NCBI GenBank assembly: GCA_030055465.1
Contig: JASFYF010000001.1
Coordinates: 163,179-227,178, forward strand
Origin: Candidatus Nezhaarchaeota archaeon
GTDB taxonomy: Archaea; Thermoproteota; Methanomethylicia; Nezhaarchaeales; WYZ-LMO8
Length of the DNA: 64,000 bases
Direction: 5' to 3'
The notes under the pieces were generated by a model that did no database searches, was not told the DNA's origin, and saw only the letters and a list, made by a program, of their open reading frames with translations. How positions within the stretch are numbered: position 1 is the first letter of the stretch; the number at the start of each line of letters is the position of its first letter. A program made the translations under genes and the position numbers. Shown piece by piece: positions 1-9,415 of this stretch.

Positions 1-126
1 ATACTTACTTTGGACATCCTGGTACTTACCCTGCAGATCCTGATACTTACTTTGGACATCCTGGTACTTACCCTGCAGATCCTGATACTTACTTTGGACA
101 TCCTGGTACTTACCCTGCAGATCCTG
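1..126. repeat. Tandem repeat, 3 exact copies of 42 bp (each two diverged 21-mers); may continue upstream
   Basis: ATACTTACTTTGGACATCCTGGTACTTACCCTGCAGATCCTG at 1-42, 43-84, 85-126. No spacers, so not CRISPR. Confidence 0.97.
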
Positions 127-213
127 AATAGAAACCGCAGTGTAAACGAGAGCACAAACGGATATCGCTATTAGCACTATGCCAACGGTCAAGACTATTT
201 TTTCAGCTTTCAT
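1..213 (-). CDS. Membrane-anchored coiled-coil heptad-repeat protein, 3' end beyond window start (not in ORF track)
   Basis: Manual translation from ATG at 213: MKAEKIVLTVGIVLIAISVCALVYTAVSI then (QDLQGKYQDVQSKY)x3, open to position 1. AGAGGA RBS-like sequence upstream. Confidence 0.85.
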   Translation of the reverse strand, partial: MKAEKIVLTVGIVLIAISVCALVYTAVSIQDLQGKYQDVQSKYQDLQGKYQDVQSKYQDLQGKYQDVQSKY

Positions 214-312
214 ATATTTCAAATCCTCTTAGGTTTTCGATAAACAAAACTCTTGTAAGATTTAGTCTTTTGAAAGAAAATATAAAACTTTCTATTTTGG
301 AGGGAAATAACT

Positions 313-338
313 TTTCTTACACTTTAGCTGGTAAGAAA
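313..338. promoter_or_regulatory. 8-10-8 inverted repeat in AT-rich region upstream of the coiled-coil gene; possible operator
   Basis: TTTCTTAC-N10-GTAAGAAA. Confidence 0.3.
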
Positions 339-583
339 GAATTATTATGCTATGTTGTTTTGACTTCCCACGCGATCGAAGAATTACAGTAAAAGCAGAG
401 CCCTTTGTTACTCATAGCTGAGACGGTAAAATACTTCCTGAGATATTGGGATCATTGCTTGGGAGATTCGCCTGCTTCAGGAGGAGTTGGCAGGGCTAGC
501 CTGAGCTTTTGCCACAAGCGAGAAGCCTAAATGCCCGCTCATTTAAGTCCTCGCTTCCAAAAAGAGGGGTTTAGTTGTGAGAA

Positions 584-1870
584 CTATTTCATCGCCTCCC
601 ACAGTAATTCGATCACGTCAAGTGTTTTCAGGCTGCTCCAGCTTCTTTCGGTGGCCTCTTGGAGGTTGCGCCAGCAGAAGGGGCATGCTGAAGATATCAA
701 CTCGGCGCCAACGCTGATTGCCTCCTCTATGCGCTTATCGGAAGCATACCTTGCGAGGTCTGGGAAGGCCGACATGACTACTCCTCCCGCTCCGCAACAC
801 CACGCGTTCTCCTTGATTCTCCTCATTTCCACCAGCTCTAGACCGGGTATGGCCCGTAAGAGCTTCCTTGGCTCCTCGTACACTCCCATGTGGCGGCCCA
901 AGTGACATGGATCGTGATACGTCACGCGTTTCCTGACCTCGTTTTTTAGCTCTTCCTTCTTCACGCGCGCGGCCAGGAACGACGTGATGTGGAGCGCTTC
1001 AAAGCCGTAGTCCAACCCATACCTTTCCTTGTAATCCTCCTTGATCATTCTGTAGCAGCCCGCGCAGGACGTCACAACGAGGCTGGCCCCGGCTTTCTTG
1101 ATGGCTTCCACGTTGTGTTGAGCGAGCTTAAAAGCCCTGTCCACCTGTCCGGTTCTCTGAAGTGGGGAGCCGCAGCACCATTCGTCAAAGCCATTTCTCC
1201 AGAGCACCGTGAAGTCAACTTCAAGTTTCTTGAGAACGCTGAAAGTCGCCGCCGCTATGCTCTTCTGCCTGTATGAGGCGGTGCACCCCACGAAGTAAAC
1301 GACGTCCGCCTTCTCCGGAAGTTCCTCCCTAGCTTCCTTCCGAAGCCAGCTCCACCTGTCCCTGTGAGGCTCCATGTATGGATCGTATTCCTCGAGGGTG
1401 TGCTTACCGTAGCGTTCCTGCTGAGGCATCGGTCCAACCCCTCTTTTAACTGCTTCTTCTCTGGCCGCCTCCAGCCAATCCAAGGCGTAGTAGTGTATTT
1501 CCGGGACCTGGCATTGCTGCGCGCAGTTACCGCAGAGCGTACAGTGGTATAGGAGGTGTGTTAAGCGATCGCTCCATTGAACTTCTCCTCGCGCTAACCC
1601 CCACAACAAGAGGTTTTTACCCCCCAAGTAGTAGGCCTCAAAGGCTCTAAGCTCACCGCTTGGGCACACGCGCATTCTGCCCTTCTCCTGATACGTTGAC
1701 CTGCACTGCCCGCACTTGATGCAGTAGTAGAGGACGTCGACGTAGTCCTTCAGGCCGCCGAAGCGTTTAAGCGGCTCCATTCGGTCCCCCCGATGCGTGC
1801 TCTTTTTAGTCACTCCTCTACCTGCAAGGTATTCTTTCGGGTAGAGCTCAGCGCTCTTCATGTCCATCAC
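584..1870 (-). CDS. HdrD/GlpC-type Fe-S oxidoreductase (2x[4Fe-4S] plus two CCG domains)
   Basis: CIKCGQC and CTLCGNCAQQC ferredoxin motifs; CCG motifs YFVGC/WCCG/TSCAGC and YHDPCHLGR/WCCGAGG/SACPFC. Confidence 0.9.
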   Translation of the reverse strand: MMDMKSAELYPKEYLAGRGVTKKSTHRGDRMEPLKRFGGLKDYVDVLYYCIKCGQCRSTYQEKGRMRVCPSGELRAFEAYYLGGKNLLLWGLARGEVQWSDRLTHLLYHCTLCGNCAQQCQVPEIHYYALDWLEAAREEAVKRGVGPMPQQERYGKHTLEEYDPYMEPHRDRWSWLRKEAREELPEKADVVYFVGCTASYRQKSIAAATFSVLKKLEVDFTVLWRNGFDEWCCGSPLQRTGQVDRAFKLAQHNVEAIKKAGASLVVTSCAGCYRMIKEDYKERYGLDYGFEALHITSFLAARVKKEELKNEVRKRVTYHDPCHLGRHMGVYEEPRKLLRAIPGLELVEMRRIKENAWCCGAGGVVMSAFPDLARYASDKRIEEAISVGAELISSACPFCWRNLQEATERSWSSLKTLDVIELLWEAMK

Positions 1871-3382
1871 CTAGAGGGTATCCAGGAGGTGGCCTGGATT
1901 CATCAAGCCATTCGGGTCGAGCAGGTTCTTGATCTTCTTCAAGAGCACCAAGGTAGGTCCATGTACATACGACAAGTTGGCCCTCGAAGCCCACGGAGAG
2001 AGGTGGTACCGTGCGGCGCTTTTGATGTTTTTCCTTATCTCATCATCTAGCTCAAAAAAGGCCTTACGCATTGTTTCTAGGTCTTGCGGGTCATCCTTGT
2101 TGCACACCATTATGTGCCTGGCGTACACGTGATGGCCATGCATCATGATCCTGCCGTAGAACAAGTCATGCTTGTCGTACTTCTTGAAAACCCCTACCCC
2201 CATGCGGTAGAACTTGGGAACCTCTCTATGAGAGAGGAATGTTCCAACCCATGATATTATGCCCCCCCCCCCACGCGGAGTGGACAGCCAAGCCGGTGCG
2301 ACGTGAATCGGTTTATTGGATGCCAGCGGTAGCTCCGCCCTCTCGTCGACAGGCATAGAGCTCATGACCTCATCGTAAGGTACAAGCTGCGCTCCAGCAT
2401 CAATGGCAGCCCTACTTATGGCCTTTTCGTGGACGTTGAGAAGTTCATCACTTGGAGCAAAGACCACTATGCCGGCCGAGAAATCGGGGATCCCAGACTT
2501 AACGCGTTCGTCCGGGTCTAGGGGAACTTCATCCAGCTTCAGCCTTCGTGAGCCTGTGTGAGCTTTAGTGAACGGGTAGTTGTTAAACCATATGTCCGCT
2601 ATACCTAGGGTCCAGCTTCTCTCCGCCAACCTCTGAATTATTGGATATCCCTTCTCCACCGTTTCAGCCATCAATAAGTAGTATCTCACGGGCATCTTGG
2701 GGTACAACTTTATGGCAGCCTTGGTCACTATGCCTGTGGTTCCCTGCCAACCAACAAACAGGCCACTTATGTCCGGCAGGGGCCACCTGCCAATCCAGTA
2801 TTGGCTTGTCATGCAGCTTCCGCACTTCACTATCTCTCCTGTTGGCAGGACAACCTCCAGCCCGTTTATGGAGTCTCCACCAGTTCCAGAAATCATGCCG
2901 AGGTCGCCAAATCCTGTAGTTATAAGGTACGGAACGACGCCCGTGCCTGAAGGGGCCCATGGAACTCCAACCATCAGGTCTGGATGATGCTCTTCGAGGT
3001 ATCCCACGAGCCCAGCCCACGTTACTCCTCCTTCGACGAGCGCGTAAAGATCATCTTCGTTGACCTCCAAGACCCTGTTCATCCTCCTCAAGTCCACAAC
3101 TATTCCTCCCTCCCTAGGAATGCATAGTCCTGCAGTGCATATCCCCGAAACCCACGGTATGACGGGAATCCTTTCCCTGTTGGCCAACCTCACGATGCCC
3201 TGAACTTCTTCAACGCTGCTGGGCATCACAACGAACTCACATGTTCCCGGCTTCTCAGCCGATATGAAGTCCCAAGAGTACAGGAAAAGAACCTCGGGCC
3301 AGTCAGAAACGTGTTGAACGCCCACTATGGCTTGAAGTTCCCTTAAAATTCTTTCATGCCTATTCAAGGGCTTCACTACCAT
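1871..3382 (-). CDS. FAD-linked oxidase, GlcD/D-lactate dehydrogenase family
   Basis: VVMPSSVEEVQGIVRLAN, GIVVDLRRMNRVLEV, VEGGVTW, GLEVVLPTGEIV, GTTGIVTKA, C-terminal KIKNLLDPNGLMNPG; abuts the HdrD-like gene. Confidence 0.9.
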   Translation of the reverse strand: MVVKPLNRHERILRELQAIVGVQHVSDWPEVLFLYSWDFISAEKPGTCEFVVMPSSVEEVQGIVRLANRERIPVIPWVSGICTAGLCIPREGGIVVDLRRMNRVLEVNEDDLYALVEGGVTWAGLVGYLEEHHPDLMVGVPWAPSGTGVVPYLITTGFGDLGMISGTGGDSINGLEVVLPTGEIVKCGSCMTSQYWIGRWPLPDISGLFVGWQGTTGIVTKAAIKLYPKMPVRYYLLMAETVEKGYPIIQRLAERSWTLGIADIWFNNYPFTKAHTGSRRLKLDEVPLDPDERVKSGIPDFSAGIVVFAPSDELLNVHEKAISRAAIDAGAQLVPYDEVMSSMPVDERAELPLASNKPIHVAPAWLSTPRGGGGIISWVGTFLSHREVPKFYRMGVGVFKKYDKHDLFYGRIMMHGHHVYARHIMVCNKDDPQDLETMRKAFFELDDEIRKNIKSAARYHLSPWASRANLSYVHGPTLVLLKKIKNLLDPNGLMNPGHLLDTL

Positions 3383-3764
3383 TTAAACAATATTATTATA
3401 GTGTCTTAAAATTATTACTTCATTGATAACAACAATAAAAAGCATTACAAAATCAGCGCAAAGACGATGACAGATGCAAAGCACGTTACTTGGAAAAGAA
3501 AACACGAGTGCAAGCCTGAAAAAGCTGCACCGCGCACGAAGCCCACTGCCACTTGTCCTTGGGTTTCCGCCTCCAACCTTTGATGTTCCTTCGCATCTAG
3601 AGTTCCCGCTCCGCGGATGAGTATAACTAAAGCAAAGCCCGTTGCAAAACCTCTTGAACCCTAGGCCAACAAGCAGAGGAGTGCTGAGGCTCATGAGCCT
3701 ATGGCTACGCTCATGGACTTAGCGGCAAGCACATGGAGCCTTCAAGCCCGGCCGTCCAATCCTT

Positions 3765-4799
3765 TCATGGGAACCTCTTAGCTGGGGACGGCTTCAGAAG
3801 CTTGTTGCCGTCCGCCGTTATGAGCATATTCGTCAGCGCGCTCAGGCTGCAAAGCGTCCCCCTACCGATAATCCCCTCGCCCGGGATCCTAGCTATTATC
3901 AGGCCTTCAGCTGTGACCTCCACCTCGGCCCCGATCTCCGAGAGCCTGTGGAGAACTATGTTGCCCATGGCTCCCATCGACTTCTCCATCCAGCAGTGCT
4001 TGAGCGGGCACAGATTACAGTACGCCTTAAACCTCTCAGCGCTCTCCTTCGAGGCGAACCCCGCCGCCACCTCAGCCTTCGTCGTGGAGTAGGCTATGCA
4101 ACAGCCGAGCACCCTGTCTGCGAGGACCCTGCCATCTTTAATGATGCTCGTCCTCACGGCTCCACCCCTAACCTCGTAGCGGTTCTCAACGCCCTCCTCG
4201 AACTTCGCCTTCCCCGTGTTCCTTACATTTTTAAGCCTCTCTTTTAGGTAGGCGCTTACCTCGCTGTTGCCGGCGGCTGCCCTCACTATCGCGCACGTTG
4301 GACAGTAAGATACCGGGGACTCCGCGATGGCTTTGCCCTCTCGGTCCAAGAGCAGGGCCACGACGCCTACGCCCCGCCTCCTTATCAGGGTTCTGCCCCC
4401 AGCCTCCTTAACGTACTGGAGCGCCAGCACCGATGGCGTTACAACCCTCCCGTAACCGTAGAGGTCCGCCACCGCCTTTATCTCCTCCTCGTCGCTCAGC
4501 ACCTCGGCCAGCTTGTCCTTCAGCCTCGCCGGTATCAAGCCGGCGTCGAGCTGAGCCGCCAGCACAGCAGAGGACCACACTATGTCGAGGCCTCTTCCAA
4601 CCTCCTCGCCCCCATCATCTCTTATTACCGCTAGGACGCCGCTGGGCCTCTCGTAGGCGCATATCGTCCCGCGCTCATCCGTCACCGCTTCGGCCACTCC
4701 GTGACAGATGCCGCAGGCGCCCTCCACCTCTCTGAGCTTCTCCGCTCGCTTCAGAACCCTCTCCCGGAACCTCGACGTGCAACTTTCAGGTGAATTCAT
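3765..4799 (-). CDS. Cys-rich hypothetical protein with four repeated beta-beta-beta-alpha-like modules (alternative start 4817)
   Basis: Long ORF with coding-like composition; motifs CGICH, CPTC, GCC, CNLCPLKHC; family not recognised. Confidence 0.75.
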   Translation of the reverse strand: MNSPESCTSRFRERVLKRAEKLREVEGACGICHGVAEAVTDERGTICAYERPSGVLAVIRDDGGEEVGRGLDIVWSSAVLAAQLDAGLIPARLKDKLAEVLSDEEEIKAVADLYGYGRVVTPSVLALQYVKEAGGRTLIRRRGVGVVALLLDREGKAIAESPVSYCPTCAIVRAAAGNSEVSAYLKERLKNVRNTGKAKFEEGVENRYEVRGGAVRTSIIKDGRVLADRVLGCCIAYSTTKAEVAAGFASKESAERFKAYCNLCPLKHCWMEKSMGAMGNIVLHRLSEIGAEVEVTAEGLIIARIPGEGIIGRGTLCSLSALTNMLITADGNKLLKPSPAKRFP

Positions 4800-4931
4800 G
4801 TCCAACCAGCCATCCAACCTCGAAGCTGCTTTTGCGAGGGGTGCCCCGTGTTTTAAGGGCCTTCACGATATTTAAGTACGCCCAGCGCGGGCGGGAAAGA
4901 AAGAGTTTGGGTTTTTCGAGCCCCACACAGT

Positions 4932-5708
4932 CTACTCATCATTAGTTGTGTAGTACATGAGCTGCTCAGCGCGCTTAGGCTTGAACACGGGCTTGCTTCT
5001 CCCCACCTCAACGCCCTCCACGCTCATGTCCTTTAAGTCGAGCACGGGGGGTAAGTCTGGAGGCGCGTAGGGACCGCGCCGCCCCCACAGTTCCACGGCT
5101 CTTCCAGCATTGTAGGGCACCACCTCCCTGTGGGGGTCGCGCTCCTTCATCACGACCGCCGGCTTAACCTCCTCGGGGCTGGGCATGCCCTCAAGCCTCC
5201 TCGTCAACTTGAATTTCCTCCCGTACTTCTCGGCCAGCTCCTCTATGGGGCCGAAGTCGAGGGCCCTCATTGGGCAGCTGGCGACACATATGGGGATCAC
5301 GCCCTGCTCGAGCCTGTCGATGCACATCGTGCACTTCTGCGCCTTCTCTTCGAGGTTGTCGCTTGCAAATAATATTGAGCCGTAGGGGCATGCATCCCAG
5401 CAGGCCCTCCCGCACTTCACCGCCGATGGATTGCAGTACTCCTCGTCTATCAGGACCGCGCCGTACTTGTCCTCCTTGATTATCGCCTTCGCCGGACAGG
5501 CATCAGCGCACTTCGGGTTTTCGCAGTGGTAACAGGGCACCGCGACGAAGTGCACCCTCACCTGCGGCCACGTTCCCTCCTCCCACTCGAGGACCCTCAT
5601 GTACTTCACGGGCCCCGGCGGAACCTGGTTCCATGTCTTGCACGCTATCGTACACGTCTTGCAGCCCGTGCACCTGCTCTGATCAAAGAAGAAGCCGTAC
5701 TGGACCAT
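4932..5708 (-). CDS. DmsB-like 4Fe-4S subunit
   Basis: YGFFFDQSRCTGCKTCTIACK, CYHCENPKCADACP, KCTMCIDR...PICVASCP; start overlaps the stop of the upstream catalytic subunit. Confidence 0.9.
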   Translation of the reverse strand: MVQYGFFFDQSRCTGCKTCTIACKTWNQVPPGPVKYMRVLEWEEGTWPQVRVHFVAVPCYHCENPKCADACPAKAIIKEDKYGAVLIDEEYCNPSAVKCGRACWDACPYGSILFASDNLEEKAQKCTMCIDRLEQGVIPICVASCPMRALDFGPIEELAEKYGRKFKLTRRLEGMPSPEEVKPAVVMKERDPHREVVPYNAGRAVELWGRRGPYAPPDLPPVLDLKDMSVEGVEVGRSKPVFKPKRAEQLMYYTTNDE

Positions 5709-8344
5709 CAGCTCTCACCCTTCAAGGCGTAGAAGGCCCTTTTAACAGGCCCCGAGTACTTCTCGACCTCCACGCAGCCGGTGGCCGTGGGAGGGCACGG
5801 CGGGCTCTTATCGTCGTAGAGGAAAACGGTTGGGCATCCTCCCCAGTCCACGCCCTCCTCGTCGGGGTCGTACCAGGCACCGTGGTGTATCACCACTACC
5901 CCGGGCGATATCCGGGATGTGACGTAGGCCGGCAGAACCGCCCTCCCCACGTCGTTGTACACCAAGCACAGGTCGCCGTCGTTTATCCCCCTCTTCTTGG
6001 CATCGAAGACGTTTATCCAGACGCTGTGCCTGTAGTTCTCCCTCATGTACTGGCTCTGCCAGCCGAAGGAGTGGATCCTGTACCTCGAGTGCGGCGTTAG
6101 CAGCATGAGCGGGTACATCTTGGCGAGTGGGTCCTCCATCCCCCTGACGCACGGCTGGTAGGTGGGGATCGCCGTCTGGTCCCCCCAATCGTTGGGGACC
6201 CATCCGAACCACCTTCCCCTGCCGTCGAAGTGCATTTTACCTCGTTCCTTCTCGTCCAGCATGAAGTCGCACAGAAACTCCACCTTCCCAGACCTGGTGG
6301 AGAAGCCCCTGCCCTTAACGATCGGGCTGTAGCACGGCTGCAGGGGCTTATCGAAGTACTCGTTCAGGTTGACTATTGGCTTCTCTTTGATCTCCTCGAA
6401 GGAGGGTATGGGCTTATCAACCTTGCCTCCGTAGTACTCGACCCCCCTCTCCAGCATCTCCCTCAAGTTCTCGTACCACAAGGCAAAGAACTCCTCTAGG
6501 TTCCTGTCCCAGCTCTCGTCGTCCAGGTATATGGGGAGGTACTTGGCTGGATCTATGCCCAGGGCCCTGGCGAGCTTCGCGTATATCCACATGTGGTGCT
6601 TCGCCTCGCCCCTCGGCCGAATTATCCTGGGGAAGTACTGAAGCGTGTTTATGCATAACACCTGAGTGTCCTCAAACTGGTCTAGCACCGGCAGTATCAC
6701 ATCGGAGAACTTGGCCGTCGGAGTCATGTAGGAGGCGAAGCTAACCACGAGCCTAAGCCTGCTCAAACCTTCAACCACGTGCCCAGTCGAGTAGGTGGCC
6801 GTCACAAGGGCGTTGGTGGTGGACCTGAAGCCGTAGTTCCCATGGAATAGTATCTTCGGGTTGGGGTCCGGATGGGAGGGATCGCAGTTCCACCCTATAA
6901 TCCTCCTAAACTCATCTCTGCTCATCTCCCCCCTCTCAACCTTGCCCAGAAGGCGTAGCATCTGGCCGAACCTAACGCTCCTGTACATCCTCGGGTTTAT
7001 GTTGGGCTCCCGCGGCTGCCTATCGGCGCGCTGCTCGTACAGCATGTAGAAGAGGTGGAACGGCTCTATCCTGAACATGCTCCACGGGTTCGCCAGCGCC
7101 GACCCGCCTGGCATGGCTATGTAGCCCATCATCGATTGAAGTATCACGGCCGCCCTAGCCGCGTTTTCTCCATGGCTTTTCCTTGCCACGCTCCAGTTCT
7201 TCCAGAGGAAGGTCGGCTTGGACTTGGCGTAGAGCCTTGCAAGCCCATATGTGGTTTCAGCCGGGACACCGCATATCTCCTCAGCCCACTCAGGCGTCTT
7301 CGGCACGCCGTCGCCGTAGGGGTTTTCTCGGCTCTTCGGCTCGCCCATCACGTAACCGCGCCAAGCCTTGAAGCCCCTCGGCTCAACCCACTTCTCCACG
7401 AACTCGTGGTTGTACAGGTCCTCCTTGAACAGGACGTAGGCGATCGCGCACATTAGCGCCATGTCGGTGCCAGGCTTAATGGGGATCCACTGGTCGCACA
7501 GGGCCTCGGCGGTGGCGCTGTACCTCGGATCTATCGAGATCACCGGGGTCCCCCTCTCTCTGGCCAGCCTAACGAAGTAGGCGACTTGGTGGCCTGGGCC
7601 ATAGTGATGTATGTCTGGCGTGGCGCCCCACAGGATTATCAGCTTGCTGTTGAGGAGCATGTCCGATGCGCTTCCCCACTCAACCGGCGTCGGGTACTTG
7701 GATGACTGGTCTGGAGCCGCCCGTGCCTCCGGGGGGACGGCGTACTCGCCCATTGCCATGCCGTACATTAAGTGCATGGCCTGCCTCTCTGGATCGAAGG
7801 AGCACCAACCCCACCCTTGGACTCCGCAGTCCAGCCAGCCCAGCAGGTTATCCATGAAGTAGGTGTCGGGGTAGCCGACCATTATGGAATACTTGCCGTA
7901 CTTCTCCTTGCAATACTTTATCTCCTCAGCGATGAGGTTGATAGCCTCGTCCCACGTTATCCTGACGAAGCCGCTTTTGCCCCTGTTCTGCGGGTTTGGG
8001 TTTTCATGGCTCCAGTCCACCCTCTTCAGGGGGTAGAGTATCCGTTGAGGGTGGTGTATCAGCTCGGGCCAGGCGTAGGCGAACTCGCATGGGCGCTGCT
8101 GCAGCCTCTGCTTCACGAAGTCCACGTCGCTGCACACTTCATCCTCCCTAGCCACGTTCCTGTTGTAGAGGTCGTCTGGCTCAACGCCAACTATCCTCCC
8201 CTCCTTCACGCGCAGCTTGAGCACGCAGCCGCCGCCGTGGCACATGGGGTAGCAGCCGCAGTACTTCACCTCCTCGCCCGCGTGCCTCGCCTTCAGCCTC
8301 TCAACTAAGCCGCGGACTCTGTCTTGAGAATGGCTTTCAGCCAA
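5708..8344 (-). CDS. Molybdopterin (Mo/W-bisPGD) oxidoreductase catalytic subunit, DmsA-like, no Tat signal; probable TTG start 8344
   Basis: CYPMCHGGGC Fe-S motif, RILYPLKRV, ITWDEA, IDPRYSATA, WIPIKPGTD, C-terminal HSRYRIHS and molydop-binding domain. TTATAAA about 25 nt upstream of 8344. The ORF-track extension to 8584 overlaps the rhomboid gene. Confidence 0.9.
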   Translation of the reverse strand: MAESHSQDRVRGLVERLKARHAGEEVKYCGCYPMCHGGGCVLKLRVKEGRIVGVEPDDLYNRNVAREDEVCSDVDFVKQRLQQRPCEFAYAWPELIHHPQRILYPLKRVDWSHENPNPQNRGKSGFVRITWDEAINLIAEEIKYCKEKYGKYSIMVGYPDTYFMDNLLGWLDCGVQGWGWCSFDPERQAMHLMYGMAMGEYAVPPEARAAPDQSSKYPTPVEWGSASDMLLNSKLIILWGATPDIHHYGPGHQVAYFVRLARERGTPVISIDPRYSATAEALCDQWIPIKPGTDMALMCAIAYVLFKEDLYNHEFVEKWVEPRGFKAWRGYVMGEPKSRENPYGDGVPKTPEWAEEICGVPAETTYGLARLYAKSKPTFLWKNWSVARKSHGENAARAAVILQSMMGYIAMPGGSALANPWSMFRIEPFHLFYMLYEQRADRQPREPNINPRMYRSVRFGQMLRLLGKVERGEMSRDEFRRIIGWNCDPSHPDPNPKILFHGNYGFRSTTNALVTATYSTGHVVEGLSRLRLVVSFASYMTPTAKFSDVILPVLDQFEDTQVLCINTLQYFPRIIRPRGEAKHHMWIYAKLARALGIDPAKYLPIYLDDESWDRNLEEFFALWYENLREMLERGVEYYGGKVDKPIPSFEEIKEKPIVNLNEYFDKPLQPCYSPIVKGRGFSTRSGKVEFLCDFMLDEKERGKMHFDGRGRWFGWVPNDWGDQTAIPTYQPCVRGMEDPLAKMYPLMLLTPHSRYRIHSFGWQSQYMRENYRHSVWINVFDAKKRGINDGDLCLVYNDVGRAVLPAYVTSRISPGVVVIHHGAWYDPDEEGVDWGGCPTVFLYDDKSPPCPPTATGCVEVEKYSGPVKRAFYALKGES

Positions 8345-8441
8345 ATGCAAAACCCCATAGAACCGGTTTATAAGCCGCCTGTAAAGTACATGTCCAACGC
8401 CTCCACTTTTAAGGCTTAGGGGGGCTTTGGGGCTTCGCGCC

Positions 8442-9200
8442 CTACTCCACGGGTATCTCGTACCATATTCTGCCCTTGTAGTAGGTGACCCTGGACCTCT
8501 TCTTGACCAGCTTGGAGGCTGGAAGAGTGATGAGCCAACCAGCCACGAAGCCCCCCACATGCGCCCAGAAGGCCACGCCCGCAAAGTAGCTGGCAGCTAT
8601 GGATAAGAATCCCATCCATAACTGGTAGAGGAACCACATCAATATGAAGGTCGACGCCTGAACTGACAAAACCAGCGGCAGGAAAAAGAAGAACGTCAAA
8701 AGCCTGAGGCGGGACCTCGGAAACAAGTTCAAGTAGCCTCCAAGCAGCCCTGAGATCGCCCCGCTAGCGCCCACGCAAGGTATTAGAAGGGGATCCACAA
8801 AAACCGGTTTACCGTAGGGGTTGTAGAGTATCATAGGTTCAGCGAACGACGCCTCCACCACTATGTGGATTAGGGACGCCAGCACGCCGCTCACCAAGTA
8901 GAACGCCAGGAACTTCGCTCTTCCAAGCCTCGCCTCGAGGGGGCAGCCGAACACGTAAAGGTACAACATGTTCCCCAGAATGTGCTCCCAGCTCCCATGC
9001 ATGAACATGGATGTTATCAGCGTGTGCAGCCTCTCGCCTCGAACAACGTAGTACGGTACCATGCCTAGCTCCTCTACGGCCAGCTCAAATCTCCATTCCC
9101 CTTGAAGGTAGAAGTACAGGAACACCAAGAGGTTTACGGCTATAAGCAGCCACGTAAGAACAGGTCTCTTGGCGGTTTGGCGGTCGTGCGGTAGCGGCAT
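8442..9200 (-). CDS. Rhomboid family intramembrane serine protease
   Basis: TSMFMHGSWEHILGNM, GASGAISG (catalytic Ser), FWAHVGG (His); start trimmed to MPLPHD. Confidence 0.9.
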   Translation of the reverse strand: MPLPHDRQTAKRPVLTWLLIAVNLLVFLYFYLQGEWRFELAVEELGMVPYYVVRGERLHTLITSMFMHGSWEHILGNMLYLYVFGCPLEARLGRAKFLAFYLVSGVLASLIHIVVEASFAEPMILYNPYGKPVFVDPLLIPCVGASGAISGLLGGYLNLFPRSRLRLLTFFFFLPLVLSVQASTFILMWFLYQLWMGFLSIAASYFAGVAFWAHVGGFVAGWLITLPASKLVKKRSRVTYYKGRIWYEIPVE

Positions 9201-9415
9201 CAATTTGAATACCGTAACTACGGATTTTTCACGATATAAAATGTTTTCTCTTTTTTCCGGCACCTCAGGAATAATGGGGGGCAGCCTACAATGGTGGGGA
9301 CTCCGCTGCCTTGGAAGAAATGGTTCAAAGTAGGGTAGCCCTCCATAACGGGGGAGGGGCTTCAACCTTGAACGTAATGTTTGAATAGAAGTACAATCCT
9401 GCATCTCTCAGCAAT

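Noticed and set aside
1-126. CRISPR array
   Set aside because: Repeats are contiguous with no spacers and encode an in-frame heptad peptide
3383-3694. 103-aa ORF abutting the glcD start
   Set aside because: Covers the AT-rich promoter region; no motifs and atypical composition
3765-4799. c-type cytochrome from the CGICH motif
   Set aside because: Single motif, no signal peptide, no maturation genes in the window
8345-8584. N-terminal extension of the DmsA-like ORF (possible Tat leader)
   Set aside because: Overlaps the rhomboid gene in another frame; a TATA box favours the 8344 start; no twin-arginine motif followed by a hydrophobic segment
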